DNA of 64,000 nucleotides from Deltaproteobacteria bacterium (GTDB lineage Bacteria; Desulfobacterota; Syntrophobacteria; Syntrophobacterales; Thermodesulforhabdaceae), in NCBI GenBank assembly GCA_019309115.1, contig JAFDGW010000006.1:13157-77156 (forward strand). Reading direction: 5' to 3'. Position 1 is the first letter of the stretch, and each line of letters begins with the position of its first letter. Below are positions 16,618 through 26,278 of this stretch, one piece after another. The notes below the pieces were generated by a model. It did not search any database. It was not told the DNA's origin and saw only the letters and a list, made by a program, of their open reading frames with translations. The translations under genes were made by a program, and so were the position numbers.

Positions 16618-17999
16618 AAGAGAAAAAGACTAAAAGCTTTTACAGATGTTTGGAATGCGGTTACGAATCCGTCAAATGGCTAGGTAAATGCCCATCTTGC
16701 GGAAGCTGGAACAGCTTTGAAGAAACCGTACCGGTTGCGATACGTCATTCTCCAATGTTGATTCCCGGGAAGAACGCAACGCCACCGGAAGCGCAACCTC
16801 TTAATGCCATTTCGATGGAATCGGAAAGAAGAATATGCACTCCTATGCTTGAGTGGGATCGAGTTCTTGGAGGTGGCCTTGTGCCGGGTTCTCTTGTACT
16901 TCTTGCAGGGGACCCGGGTATGGGAAAGTCAACGTTGCTACTTCAGGTGCTTGCTTCCCTGTCCACACGGCAGAAGGTTCTCTACGTATCTGGAGAGGAA
17001 AGTAGGAGACAGATAAAACTGAGAGCCAACAGACTAGGTGTCGGTGATGCAGAAGTGCTTGTGGCGTCAGAAACCACACTTGAGGCCATCCTCGAGCTGA
17101 TTTCGGCTCATGAAATTGAAGTCGTGGCCATAGATTCCATCCAAACCATTGCGTCGTCTTTGCTTGACGCAACTACGGGCACTATAACCCAGATTCGCCA
17201 CTGTACGGATAGGCTGCTTCAAATGGCGAAAACCCAAGGCGTTACCGTGATCATCGTCGGGCATGTCACCAAAGAAGGAATAGTTGCGGGTCCGAAAGCC
17301 TTGGAACACCTTGTTGATGTTGTCCTTTATCTAGAGGGAGACCGGACTCATACCTTCCGTCTTCTGCGGTCAGTGAAAAACCGCTACGGATCAACCAATG
17401 AAATCGGTGTGTTTGAAATGAAGGACAGGGGACTGGAAGAAGTCCGTAATCCCTCTCAAATGTTCTTAGCAGAGCGTCCCATTGATGCTCCAGGTTCTGT
17501 GGTAATGGCAACAATCGAAGGTACAAGACCGTTACTCGTGGAGATTCAGGCCCTCGTTTCATACAGTGCACTTGCAGTACCTCGCCGCACGGCAACGGGT
17601 TTCGATGCAAACCGAGCATCGCTACTCATGGCCGTTTTGGAAAAGCGTCTTGGAATTTCTTTTGCTCAGGAAGATGTGTTTATTAACGTGGCGGGGGGGA
17701 TAAAGCTTCGCGAACCGGCTGCGGACATGGCCGTATGTCTGGCACTTATGAGTTCCTACTTTGATCGACCGCTGCCTCACCAGCTGGTAACTTGGGGCGA
17801 AGTGGGCCTTACCGGTGAAGTTCGGGCGGTTGGCTACAGCGATGTGAGATATCAAGAGGCGATCCGCCTGGGGTTCAATAAAGTCATGGTACCGGCAACA
17901 ACGGCAGAACAGCTTAAAAAGGAGGTAAAACCACGATCGGCAGTGGAAATAGTTACCGTGAAATCTCTAAAGGATGTCTTGAACAACCTTTTCAAGTAG
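16614..17999 (+). CDS. radA: DNA repair protein RadA/Sms
   Basis: Zinc finger CLECGYESVKWLGKCPSCGSWNSF, Walker A GDPGMGKST, KNRYG motif, and a Lon-like C-terminal domain. Confidence 0.95.
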   Translation: MKEKKTKSFYRCLECGYESVKWLGKCPSCGSWNSFEETVPVAIRHSPMLIPGKNATPPEAQPLNAISMESERRICTPMLEWDRVLGGGLVPGSLVLLAGDPGMGKSTLLLQVLASLSTRQKVLYVSGEESRRQIKLRANRLGVGDAEVLVASETTLEAILELISAHEIEVVAIDSIQTIASSLLDATTGTITQIRHCTDRLLQMAKTQGVTVIIVGHVTKEGIVAGPKALEHLVDVVLYLEGDRTHTFRLLRSVKNRYGSTNEIGVFEMKDRGLEEVRNPSQMFLAERPIDAPGSVVMATIEGTRPLLVEIQALVSYSALAVPRRTATGFDANRASLLMAVLEKRLGISFAQEDVFINVAGGIKLREPAADMAVCLALMSSYFDRPLPHQLVTWGEVGLTGEVRAVGYSDVRYQEAIRLGFNKVMVPATTAEQLKKEVKPRSAVEIVTVKSLKDVLNNLFK

Positions 18000-18129
18000 C
18001 GGAGTCATTTTGATAGCTGTTTCAAGCTCATTTGCGCTTGACTTGTGTGAGTTGAATATGTATGTGAAAACTGTAATTCTTGGGATCATGATAAGCAAAG
18101 CGAAGGCGGAGGAAATTGGAGTGAGAGCT

Positions 18130-18204
18130 ATGCTTTGTGGTGGGGTTTACTATTACTATTATTGGCTAACATATAGGACCATGGAGGTGGCACGGGGAAG
18201 ATAG
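18130..18204 (+). CDS. Candidate Tyr/Trp-rich leader peptide ([24 protein letters not shown])
   Basis: Five consecutive Tyr codons plus Trp at 18148-18165, with GGAG 8 nt upstream of the ATG. In-frame upstream ATGs at 18058 and 18088 are alternative starts. A terminator lies downstream, and the aromatic-amino-acid genes follow. Confidence 0.55.
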   Translation: MLCGGVYYYYYWLTYRTMEVARGR

Positions 18205-18230
18205 CATATCTTCTACCGCTTGGGATAAAA

Positions 18231-18263
18231 AGCCGCGGGCTCCCCGGAGCCCGCGGCTTTTTT
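18231..18263 (+). terminator. Rho-independent terminator (attenuator) in the aroF-tyrA leader
   Basis: A 12-bp GC-rich stem agccgcgggctc/gagcccgcggct with loop cccg, followed by a T-run. It lies 39 nt upstream of the aroF ATG. Confidence 0.75.
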
Positions 18264-18301
18264 ATTGGACAAACAACAAAATCATCAAAAGGAGGTACAC
18301 C

Positions 18302-19315
18302 ATGATCATCGTGATGACACCTGATCATAGCCCTGAAGATCTAAACAGAGTTATTCGTCGGATCGAGGACTTGGGCTTGAAGGCTCACATTTCTAAGGGA
18401 GAACACAGAACGATTGTCGGGGCCATTGGTGACGAACGAGTTCTTCGGGAAATTCCCATCGAATCCATGTCGGGCGTGGAAAAAGTTATGCCCATTATGA
18501 GTCCTTACAAGCTGGTGAGTCGTGAATTCAAGAGTGAAGATACTATTATTAAGTGCAACGGCTACAGTATCGGGAACAAGAAGATTCAGGTAATTGCCGG
18601 TCCCTGCGCCGTGGAAAGCAGGGAAATGCTGGAAGAAGTTGCAAAGGCAATTCGACCGCTTGGAGTAAATTTTTTAAGGGGTGGAGCCTTTAAACCTCGC
18701 ACTTCCCCTTACAGTTTCCAAGGCCTTGGTAAACAGGCGCTGGAATACATGGCTAGAGTGCGCGAAGAAACGGGAATGCTGGTAGTTACAGAGCTCATGG
18801 ACCCAAGAGATGCTGTGCTCGTTGCAAAGTATGCTGATATAATTCAAATAGGTACTAGAAACATGCAGAACTTTCGTTTGCTTACGGAAGTAGGCAATAT
18901 TGAAAAACCTGTGCTTCTGAAACGCGGCATGAGTGCCACTATCAAGGAATGGCTGATGTCGGCGGAATACATAGCCAGTCAGGGTAACGAAAACATCATA
19001 CTTTGCGAAAGGGGTATCCGAACCTTTGAGACAGAAACCAGAAATACCCTGGACCTCAGTGCCGTTCCGGTTTTGAAACGATTGACCCATCTTCCTGTCA
19101 TAGTAGATCCAAGCCACGCAGTTGGACGGGTAGATCTGGTGCCTGCGATGGCAAAGGCAGCGATCGCGGCAGGGGCTGATGGATTGCTAATTGAAGTTCA
19201 TCCTAGACCTGAAGAAGCCCTTAGTGATGGTCCTCAATCACTCACGCCACAACAATTTGCTAAGTTAATGGAAGAACTGAAATGGGTTGCTGAGGCAGTG
19301 GGGCGAGAACTTTAA
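18302..19315 (+). CDS. aroF: 3-deoxy-7-phosphoheptulonate (DAHP) synthase, type I-beta with an N-terminal ferredoxin-like regulatory domain
   Basis: [13 protein letters not shown] and the IGTRNMQN and DPSH motifs. An N-terminal ~65-aa extension resembles that of Thermotoga-type, Tyr/Phe-regulated enzymes. Confidence 0.85.
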   Translation: MIIVMTPDHSPEDLNRVIRRIEDLGLKAHISKGEHRTIVGAIGDERVLREIPIESMSGVEKVMPIMSPYKLVSREFKSEDTIIKCNGYSIGNKKIQVIAGPCAVESREMLEEVAKAIRPLGVNFLRGGAFKPRTSPYSFQGLGKQALEYMARVREETGMLVVTELMDPRDAVLVAKYADIIQIGTRNMQNFRLLTEVGNIEKPVLLKRGMSATIKEWLMSAEYIASQGNENIILCERGIRTFETETRNTLDLSAVPVLKRLTHLPVIVDPSHAVGRVDLVPAMAKAAIAAGADGLLIEVHPRPEEALSDGPQSLTPQQFAKLMEELKWVAEAVGREL

Positions 19316-19331
19316 TAAGAGGGGAAATCCT

Positions 19332-20207
19332 ATGAATGGCTCACTGCTCAAATTGTGGGGACCGGGCTCAACGCTTGGCATTGTGGGTGGACGGGGTGAG
19401 ATGGGACAATTTTTCGCCAACTTTTTCCGCAAAAGGGGTTATCGTGTAATAATATCCGATCCTAAAGGATCGGAATACTCCAACGAAGAACTGATATCTG
19501 AAGCAAAGGTTGTTTTATTTTCGGTACCCCTTCATGAGTCAGTAAGCATCTTGGAAAGATATTCTCCCATGTTGAAAGAAGACCAGCTTGCCGTGGATAT
19601 CTCGAGCCTAAAGGGACCTCAAATTAGGGCAATGCTCAAAGGTAGCTCGGCCGTGGTTGGTCTTCATCCCATGTTTGGTGGAAAGATACGTAGCACGAAA
19701 GGGCAGACGATTGTGGCATGCCCTGCAAGAATTGAACAGAAGGCTTGGGAAGCTTTCAAAGGCCAATTTGAAGCCGAGGGGTTTAGGGTGGTAGAATGTT
19801 CACCAGACAAACATGACCGGATGATGGCTATCATTCAGGTGTTGTTTCACCTATCTACAATGCTAAAAGGTAGAGTTCTTCGAGAAATGGATGTCAACAT
19901 TGATGACACTCTACAATTCACCAGCCCCATTTACAGACTGGAAATTAGCATACTAGGCAGGATGTTTGCCCAGAACCCTTGGCTTTATGCCGCCATATTT
20001 CAAATGAACCCTCACACGCCAGAAGTAATTGAACACCTTCAAAAGGGCATTGAACATTTCAAAACTCTATACAAAAACTCTGATATAAGCGGCGTGGTAG
20101 AGCAGTTTTGCCTTTCCGCCGATCATTTAGGGAGCTTTTGTCAGAAAGCTTACAAAGAAAGTTCTGAACTTGTTGAATTTTCAAATCGCCTCTATAACAA
20201 CGTATAA
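19332..20207 (+). CDS. tyrA: Prephenate dehydrogenase
   Basis: GIVGGRGEMGQFF dinucleotide fold and the GLHPMFG motif. The start is set at the ATG at 19332, after AAGAGGGG. Confidence 0.8.
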   Translation: MNGSLLKLWGPGSTLGIVGGRGEMGQFFANFFRKRGYRVIISDPKGSEYSNEELISEAKVVLFSVPLHESVSILERYSPMLKEDQLAVDISSLKGPQIRAMLKGSSAVVGLHPMFGGKIRSTKGQTIVACPARIEQKAWEAFKGQFEAEGFRVVECSPDKHDRMMAIIQVLFHLSTMLKGRVLREMDVNIDDTLQFTSPIYRLEISILGRMFAQNPWLYAAIFQMNPHTPEVIEHLQKGIEHFKTLYKNSDISGVVEQFCLSADHLGSFCQKAYKESSELVEFSNRLYNNV

Positions 20208-20214
20208 TACAAAT

Positions 20215-20247
20215 GGCCGTCGGAAGTGAAAGCCTTCCGCGGCCTTT
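20215..20247 (+). terminator. Hairpin terminator after tyrA (short U-run)
   Basis: ggccgtcggaag tgaaagc cttccgcggcc, with one bulged T, followed by ttt. Confidence 0.4.
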
Positions 20248-20294
20248 CACAACAGGCAAGTAACACCGCACACAAGATTGACCGCTTATCTCCT

Positions 20295-20323
20295 TTGACC
20301 TTACCACGCATTGGGTATATTAT
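20295..20323 (+). promoter_or_regulatory. sigma-70-like promoter for the J-domain gene
   Basis: TTGACC, a 17-nt spacer, then TATTAT. It ends 37 nt upstream of the ATG at 20360. Confidence 0.35.
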
Positions 20324-20359
20324 TTCAGGTAACAGTTTTGCCAAAAGTGAGGACAGATC

Positions 20360-21391
20360 ATGTATCTTAGAAAAATTCAAGTCGGTCCTTGTGCATATCA
20401 TTACATAATTAGAGAATCCTATTGGAATGGAACGTGCTGGACGTATCGTGACCTGATTGATCTTGGCTCAAATCCCGGCAGCCATATACACTATGTAGGT
20501 GGCAACGGTTTTTACTTCAACGAGTTCATCGAGGAGCGCCTTGACGAATTAGGGGTAAATTACACCAGTGAAGATCTGGAGGAAATCTTTTTCCCTTTTC
20601 TTAAACCTCACATCCAACGCATACTGTACATCTTCGGAAGCTCAAGAAGAACCTCAAAGAACAAATGGCATAACTACTCAGAAGAAAAACTCTTCGAAGA
20701 GCAAAAAGACATACATTCTTTTGACAAGAGACGGTTACACTTTTTGAGGTGCGGCCGTGTTGACATAGGCAATCTAAATACAAAAGCGTGGAAGTTTCTG
20801 AATATACTCCTGGAAAAGAGCAGAGATGAGCGTGAAGCTATAATTGAAAAGATGGAAGCACAGCTCCGTCCTCGAGAAGTAAAATCTTATGTCTATACGG
20901 CGCTTAATCTCCAAGAGTATTTTTCCACGAGCATCTTGAAAAACCACCCATTAGCACTGGATGCCGAAAGAATCGACGAAGCCTTTCTCGATGCTATCTG
21001 TCGACTTAACCGAGACAGGGAATTCTTCCGGGGAGTGCCCGATCATGATCCAAAGGTTCTGCATCCGTATCTCAAAAAATACGTGATCTATTTCTACGAT
21101 TATGAATTCGGTCAGTCTATCAGGTGGGATGAATTCATAAGAGGCATTTTCGGTTCGCAGGAGCACAGAGCATACAAAAGGATGCGCTCTCGAGTGGACA
21201 TTGGTCTTGACGATGCCTGTTCTGTCCTAGGAATAAAAAGGAAAGAACTAAAATCCATGTCCAGAAAAGAATTGAAGCGGATATATAAGAAAAAAGCCAG
21301 GGAAACCCACCCCGACACTGGCGGAGAACACGAAGCATTCATACGCCTGACGGAAGCTTACCATAAACTTATGATGCATCTCGCCAGTTAA
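20360..21391 (+). CDS. Protein with a C-terminal J-domain (DnaJ-like) and an uncharacterised N-terminal region
   Basis: C-terminal LKRIYKKKARETHPDTGGEHEAFIRLTEAYHKLM includes the HPD tripeptide. I did not recognise the N-terminal 270 aa. Confidence 0.6.
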   Translation: MYLRKIQVGPCAYHYIIRESYWNGTCWTYRDLIDLGSNPGSHIHYVGGNGFYFNEFIEERLDELGVNYTSEDLEEIFFPFLKPHIQRILYIFGSSRRTSKNKWHNYSEEKLFEEQKDIHSFDKRRLHFLRCGRVDIGNLNTKAWKFLNILLEKSRDEREAIIEKMEAQLRPREVKSYVYTALNLQEYFSTSILKNHPLALDAERIDEAFLDAICRLNRDREFFRGVPDHDPKVLHPYLKKYVIYFYDYEFGQSIRWDEFIRGIFGSQEHRAYKRMRSRVDIGLDDACSVLGIKRKELKSMSRKELKRIYKKKARETHPDTGGEHEAFIRLTEAYHKLMMHLAS

Positions 21392-21398
21392 TAAATAA

Positions 21399-21426
21399 GG
21401 GCCGTCCGCAATTAGTTAGACGGCCC
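21399..21426. terminator. Hairpin between convergent genes (bidirectional terminator candidate)
   Basis: gggccgtc/gacggccc is an 8-bp stem with a 12-nt loop. The A-rich 5' flank gives a U-run on the minus strand. Confidence 0.5.
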
Positions 21427-21463
21427 TACTCTATTCAATCAATAGTTTACAAGTTTGAAGCAA

Positions 21464-22486
21464 CTACACCGCCGATTCAGGTTCTTTTAACTCATCTCGG
21501 ATGAGCGAACGAGACAGAGAATAGGGATCCACTTCCTTATCGGCGATCTTTGCGGCTAGATCGTCAATATTCATGCCTTTCTTTTCCATACGACGCATCA
21601 TTTCTTTGAACAGCTCATCTTTTAAGGTTTCGGAAAATTGATGAAGTGCTCGTTTGACCATGATCTTCTTCAATTCATCCAGCGCCTGAGTCGTGAGATA
21701 TTCACGATGAGATTCTATAGCTTCACAAAGCTCGTCAATTCCGATGCCCTTGTGAGCCTGGGTTTCGATCACTGGCGGATCCCACCCGTTGGTAGCTCCC
21801 GTTTCCATACGGAACTTTTTTCCCATTTCCAGAAGATTTCTGAGCTCCTGAACCGTTTTCTTTGCTCCCTCACGGTCGGCCTTGTTAACCACGAATATGT
21901 TGCCTATTTCCATTATGCCAGCTTTGATGGCCTGGATGTCGTCACCCAGCCCCGGCACTGTTACCACAAGCGTTGTATGGGCACATTCGGCTATTTCCAC
22001 TTCACCTTGTCCAACTCCAACCGTTTCTACTATAATAATATTTTTGCCCATAGCGTCGAGTACAGTGATCATGTCGTGCGTGGATTTTGTCAGACCGCCA
22101 AAATGCCCTCGGGTAGCAAGGCTTCTTATGAATACTCCTGGATCTAGAAAGTGGCGCTGCATCCTAATTCGGTCCCCTAAAATAGCACCTCCACTGAATG
22201 GACTCGTTGGATCTATAGCCAGAATGGCCACTGTTTTCCCGAGTTTACGGTAGTAGGTTGTCATTTGATCCACCAGGGTGGATTTTCCCGCGCCTGGCGG
22301 ACCGGTAATCCCAATTATGTAAGCTTTTCCGGTATGTGGATAAAGCTGTTGCAAAATACTTCTGGTAGATGGGACCTGATCGTCAATGTCCCTCAACAAC
22401 CGAGCAACAGCCCGAACATCACCTTCTAATACTTTTTCCACAATGCTCATTGAATCATCACCTTCCTGCTTGATCTCAGGCGGCAT
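21464..22486 (-). CDS. meaB: Methylmalonyl-CoA mutase-associated G-protein chaperone MeaB/ArgK
   Basis: [11 protein letters not shown]-loop and the VVNKADREG NKxD motif. An alternative start is the ATG at 22450 (MSIVEKV...). Confidence 0.85.
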   Translation of the reverse strand: MPPEIKQEGDDSMSIVEKVLEGDVRAVARLLRDIDDQVPSTRSILQQLYPHTGKAYIIGITGPPGAGKSTLVDQMTTYYRKLGKTVAILAIDPTSPFSGGAILGDRIRMQRHFLDPGVFIRSLATRGHFGGLTKSTHDMITVLDAMGKNIIIVETVGVGQGEVEIAECAHTTLVVTVPGLGDDIQAIKAGIMEIGNIFVVNKADREGAKKTVQELRNLLEMGKKFRMETGATNGWDPPVIETQAHKGIGIDELCEAIESHREYLTTQALDELKKIMVKRALHQFSETLKDELFKEMMRRMEKKGMNIDDLAAKIADKEVDPYSLSRSLIRDELKEPESAV

Positions 22487-22895
22487 CCACCCTTCTCGGT
22501 TTTACATTCTCACGAACCCACTTAATAATGTCTTCCAGTTTCGTTCCGGGAGTGAAAATTTCTTTTATACCAACTTCCTTCAATTTGGGAATATCTTCAA
22601 GAGGAAATATTCCACCACCTATGACCGTTATGTCATCTGCTCCGTTTTCTTTGAGTAGCTCCATTATCCTAGGAAACGAATAATTGTGAGCCCCTGACAG
22701 AATACTGAGCCCTATAAGGTCAACATCTTCCTGGATTGCTGTTTGGACAATTTGCTCGGGCGTTTGATGACAACCAGTATATATTACTTCAAAGCCGGCA
22801 TCACGCAGTGCCCTGGCGATTATTCGTGCACCGCGATCATGCCCGTCCAAACCCGGTTTAGCAACTAATACTCTTAATTTCCTTTCCTGACTCAT
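22476..22895 (-). CDS. Methylmalonyl-CoA mutase B12-binding (small) subunit
   Basis: The DGHDRGA (DxHxxG) cobalamin-binding motif in a 139-aa flavodoxin-like domain. Confidence 0.85.
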   Translation of the reverse strand: MSQERKLRVLVAKPGLDGHDRGARIIARALRDAGFEVIYTGCHQTPEQIVQTAIQEDVDLIGLSILSGAHNYSFPRIMELLKENGADDITVIGGGIFPLEDIPKLKEVGIKEIFTPGTKLEDIIKWVRENVKPRRVDAA

Positions 22896-22930
22896 CCGTG
22901 TCCCTCCTCACCATTTTCCCTGAACGACCT

Positions 22931-24628
22931 CTAGAACGACGCGGGATCGCTGTAAGTGCCGAACACCTCACGATACACATCACAGCATTCCTGTTCTGTA
23001 GCACCCGCTTTTACGGCTTCAATCAAAGCAGGCATCACATTGTTTTCCCAGCATGGCGGTCCCTCACACCGACGCCTTAATTCATCGAGTGCTTTTTGCA
23101 ACCTTACCTTGTTCCTTCGTTCCTTGAATTGATGGAGACGCTCTATTTGAAGTCGTTCAATTTCCGGATCTATTTTCAGGATTTCCAAGGGTGGTATTTC
23201 AGAGGGGAACTTGTTTATACCGATTATGATTTTTTCCCCATTTTCCACTTGCTGCTGGAACCTGTAGGCGCTGTCGGCTATTTCCATTTGCGGATAATTC
23301 TTTTCAATGGCAGCAACCATACCACCCATTTCGTCGAGTTTGCGTATATATTCATTAGCCTCCTCTTCCATCCTGTCCGTAAGTGCTTCAACAAAGTAAG
23401 AACCGGCAAGGGGATCGATTACATTGGCCACGCCGACTTCATCAGCAAGAATCTGCTGGGTTCTCAGGGCTATCTTGACGGCAAATTCGCTAGGGATCAT
23501 GTAAACTTCGTCAAGCGAATTGGTGTGCAAAGACTGACAACCCCCTAGAATTGCCGCAAGCGCTTCGGTAGTGGTGCGGATTATATTGTTATAGGGCTCT
23601 TGAGCCGTAAGGGAACACCCTGCGGTTTGAACATGGAAACGGCACATCATGGAACGAGGTTTCTGAGCTCCGAACCGCTCCTTCATAATCCGGGCCCATA
23701 GCCTTCGGGCCGCCCTCAGCTTTGCGATTTCTTCAAAAAAGTCTATGTGAGAATTCCAGAAGAAAGAAAGTCTACCGGCAAAGTCGTCAACATTAAGGCC
23801 TCTTTTTACGCACTCCTCAACATAAGTAATTCCATCATAAATGGTAAAAGCCAGCTCCTGAACGGCCGTGGCACCCGCTTCACGAATGTGATAACCGCTG
23901 ATGCTTATGGTGTTCCACCTTGGCACCTCACGGGTTCCAAACTCAATGGTGTCAACTACGAGTCTAAGGCTCGGTTCAGGGGGGAGCATTAACGTTTTCT
24001 GAGCTATAAACTCCTTGAGACAATCATTCTGAATGGTTCCACCCAGTTTTCTCCGATTATAACCTTCATTTTCGGCATTAGCTATATACATTGCCCAGAT
24101 CACTGAAGCCGGCGGATTAATGGTCATGGAAGTGGTCACTTCTTCGAGATTTATGCCGGCAAAAAGCCGTTGCATATCCTCTATAGTGTCCACGGCAACC
24201 CCACAACGGCCACATTCTCCCCGTGCCAATGGTGAATCAGTATCGTAGCCCATCAGGGTTGGAAAATCGAAAGCAACGCTTAGACCGGTTTCCCCATGAT
24301 CTATCAGGTAATGAAATCTTTCATTCGTCTGTTCTGCCGTGCCTAGACCTGCAAACATGCGCATAGTCCAGAGCCTGGCACGGTACATGGTGGTCTGAAC
24401 TCCGCGGGTAAAGGGATAACGACCGGGGAAGCCAATATCTTCAAGGTAATCCTTGTTCTTAATATCAAGGGGTGTATAAAGCGATTTGACCTCCATGTCT
24501 GACACAGTGGAAAACCGTTCCAACCGCTCCGGCAGTTTCTGTAAAGCCTTTTGATATTCCTCTAGCCATTCTTTGTACTCTTGCTCGATGCGATCAATCG
24601 CAGACTCAGAAAACATTTTGGTTCCCAT
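22931..24628 (-). CDS. Methylmalonyl-CoA mutase large (catalytic, N-terminal domain) subunit
   Basis: [42 protein letters not shown]. The start is set at the ATG at 24628, with GAGGAGGG upstream. Confidence 0.9.
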   Translation of the reverse strand: [565 protein letters not shown]

Positions 24629-24821
24629 AATCCGTTCCCTCCTCACACAAATAACCGGCATTGCATAACCAGTGAAATATTGCAGTCCTTCCAAGAAGGA
24701 CAAAGTTTGTTGACATCTAGATAGCCCTTATTGCTATTGTAGCTTACGAAGATAGAGTAACAACCACGTTTGTTTAGTGTCAAACAAATTTTGGTATCTT
24801 AAACGCTAGCGGAGATACGGG

Positions 24822-25763
24822 ATGAGGCTACTGATCACCGGTGGGGCTGGCTTTATTGGTAGCCACATTGTTGAAGAGGAGCTGAAGCGAGGAACCGAGA
24901 TCGCCGTTGTGGACAACCTCAGTGCCGGAAAACGAGAAAACATTCCAGAGGGGGTCGATTTTTATGAGATCGACATTTGCAATCGAGATGAACTTTTCCG
25001 GGTGTTTGCGGAATGGAAGCCTGAGGTTGTGTCCCATCAGGCTGCACAAGCGTCCGTAAGCGTTTCTATGAAAGAGCCCGCCGTGGATGCAATGGTCAAC
25101 GTAGTTGGGACGTTGCACGTACTTGAAGCCAGCGTTTACTATGGGGTTCAGCATTTTATTTTTGCTTCCACAGGAGGGGCCATCTATGGAGAGGTTCCGG
25201 AAGGGTCAAAAGCCACGGAAGAATGGCCGGTAAATCCAAAGAGTCCTTACGCTGTGGCAAAAGCGTCCGTTGAGATGTACTTGAAGATTTTCGGTGATGT
25301 ACATGGTCTGTCGTATACAATACTTCGCTACGCTAATGTGTACGGCCCAAGGCAGGATCCTTACGGTGAAGCAGGGGTTGTGGCCATATTCTGCCAGCGC
25401 ATCCTATCAGAACTTCCTGTCACTGTTTACGCCAGAAGAACAAGGGGCGACAAGGGTTGTATTCGAGATTATGTTTACGTAAAGGACGTTGATAAGGTTC
25501 ACAGCTTGTGTCTCAGAAAGAGGCTTAGGGGTGTTTACAATGTTTCAACAGGACAGGGTAGAACCACAACGGAGGTGCTGGAAACCATTTGTAGCGTGAT
25601 TGGTGCGCGTCCCATTGTCAGTTTCGATAACCAACGTCCGGGAGATCTGGAAGTGAGCATTCTTGACAACACCAGAATATCCAGGTTCTTTGATGGCTGG
25701 ACTGATTTTCAGCGGGGAATCGAAAAAACCGTTGAGTGGTTTAGTCGAAACTATGGGAGTTAA
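24822..25763 (+). CDS. NAD-dependent epimerase/dehydratase (UDP-glucose 4-epimerase-like SDR)
   Basis: GGAGFIGSH and the YAVAKAS (YxxxK) motif. Confidence 0.8.
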   Translation: MRLLITGGAGFIGSHIVEEELKRGTEIAVVDNLSAGKRENIPEGVDFYEIDICNRDELFRVFAEWKPEVVSHQAAQASVSVSMKEPAVDAMVNVVGTLHVLEASVYYGVQHFIFASTGGAIYGEVPEGSKATEEWPVNPKSPYAVAKASVEMYLKIFGDVHGLSYTILRYANVYGPRQDPYGEAGVVAIFCQRILSELPVTVYARRTRGDKGCIRDYVYVKDVDKVHSLCLRKRLRGVYNVSTGQGRTTTEVLETICSVIGARPIVSFDNQRPGDLEVSILDNTRISRFFDGWTDFQRGIEKTVEWFSRNYGS

Positions 25764-26278
25764 TCTATGAAGATTTGCTAAGAATATACAAAATGTTACA
25801 ACATCAAACTTTAATATCCTGATAGTTTTTTTTCTTGACTCAAACCTGGGTGTTTCGATAAAGAGTATTTGCTACCTGTTTCATCTTGCCGTTTGAAATT
25901 CCTGGTGATCATATTGAAGTTGAAGTGGATATTCGGGTGGGCGTGTAGAGTCCTCAAGTTAACAAAGTTTTCGATATGAAATGGAATTTAGTAATGACGT
26001 GCCTGGCGAGGTCGTTTGCATTGTTTGTTAAAGGTTTGGCCACTGGCCATTGAGCGATACAGATATTCACATCTTGGGAGCATGTATATTTTCCCGGCAA
26101 TTCTAAAAGAGCCAACCTTGTAACATCACGGCAAAGGAGAACACGGAGTCTCTTGTGAATTCCTTTTCTAAAAAGGGGGTGATAGACAGGAATATTAAGG
26201 TATGAACTGTTCAAAGGGGTGGTTCATTGAGGAAGTGAATTTTTAGAGGGCTACAAAAACAGGAATGAGGAGAAAGCC

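Noticed and set aside
18188-18206. TGGCAC hexamer in the aroF leader as a second sigma-54 promoter.
   Set aside because: No TTGC element follows at the required 5-nt spacing (the sequence is TGGCACggggaagatagc).
24769-24788. AT-rich inverted repeat TTTGTTT-agtgtc-AAACAAA about 35 nt upstream of the epimerase gene, considered as an operator.
   Set aside because: It is a short 7-bp low-complexity dyad in AT-rich DNA, easily produced by chance. There is no adjacent regulator gene and no second copy in the window.
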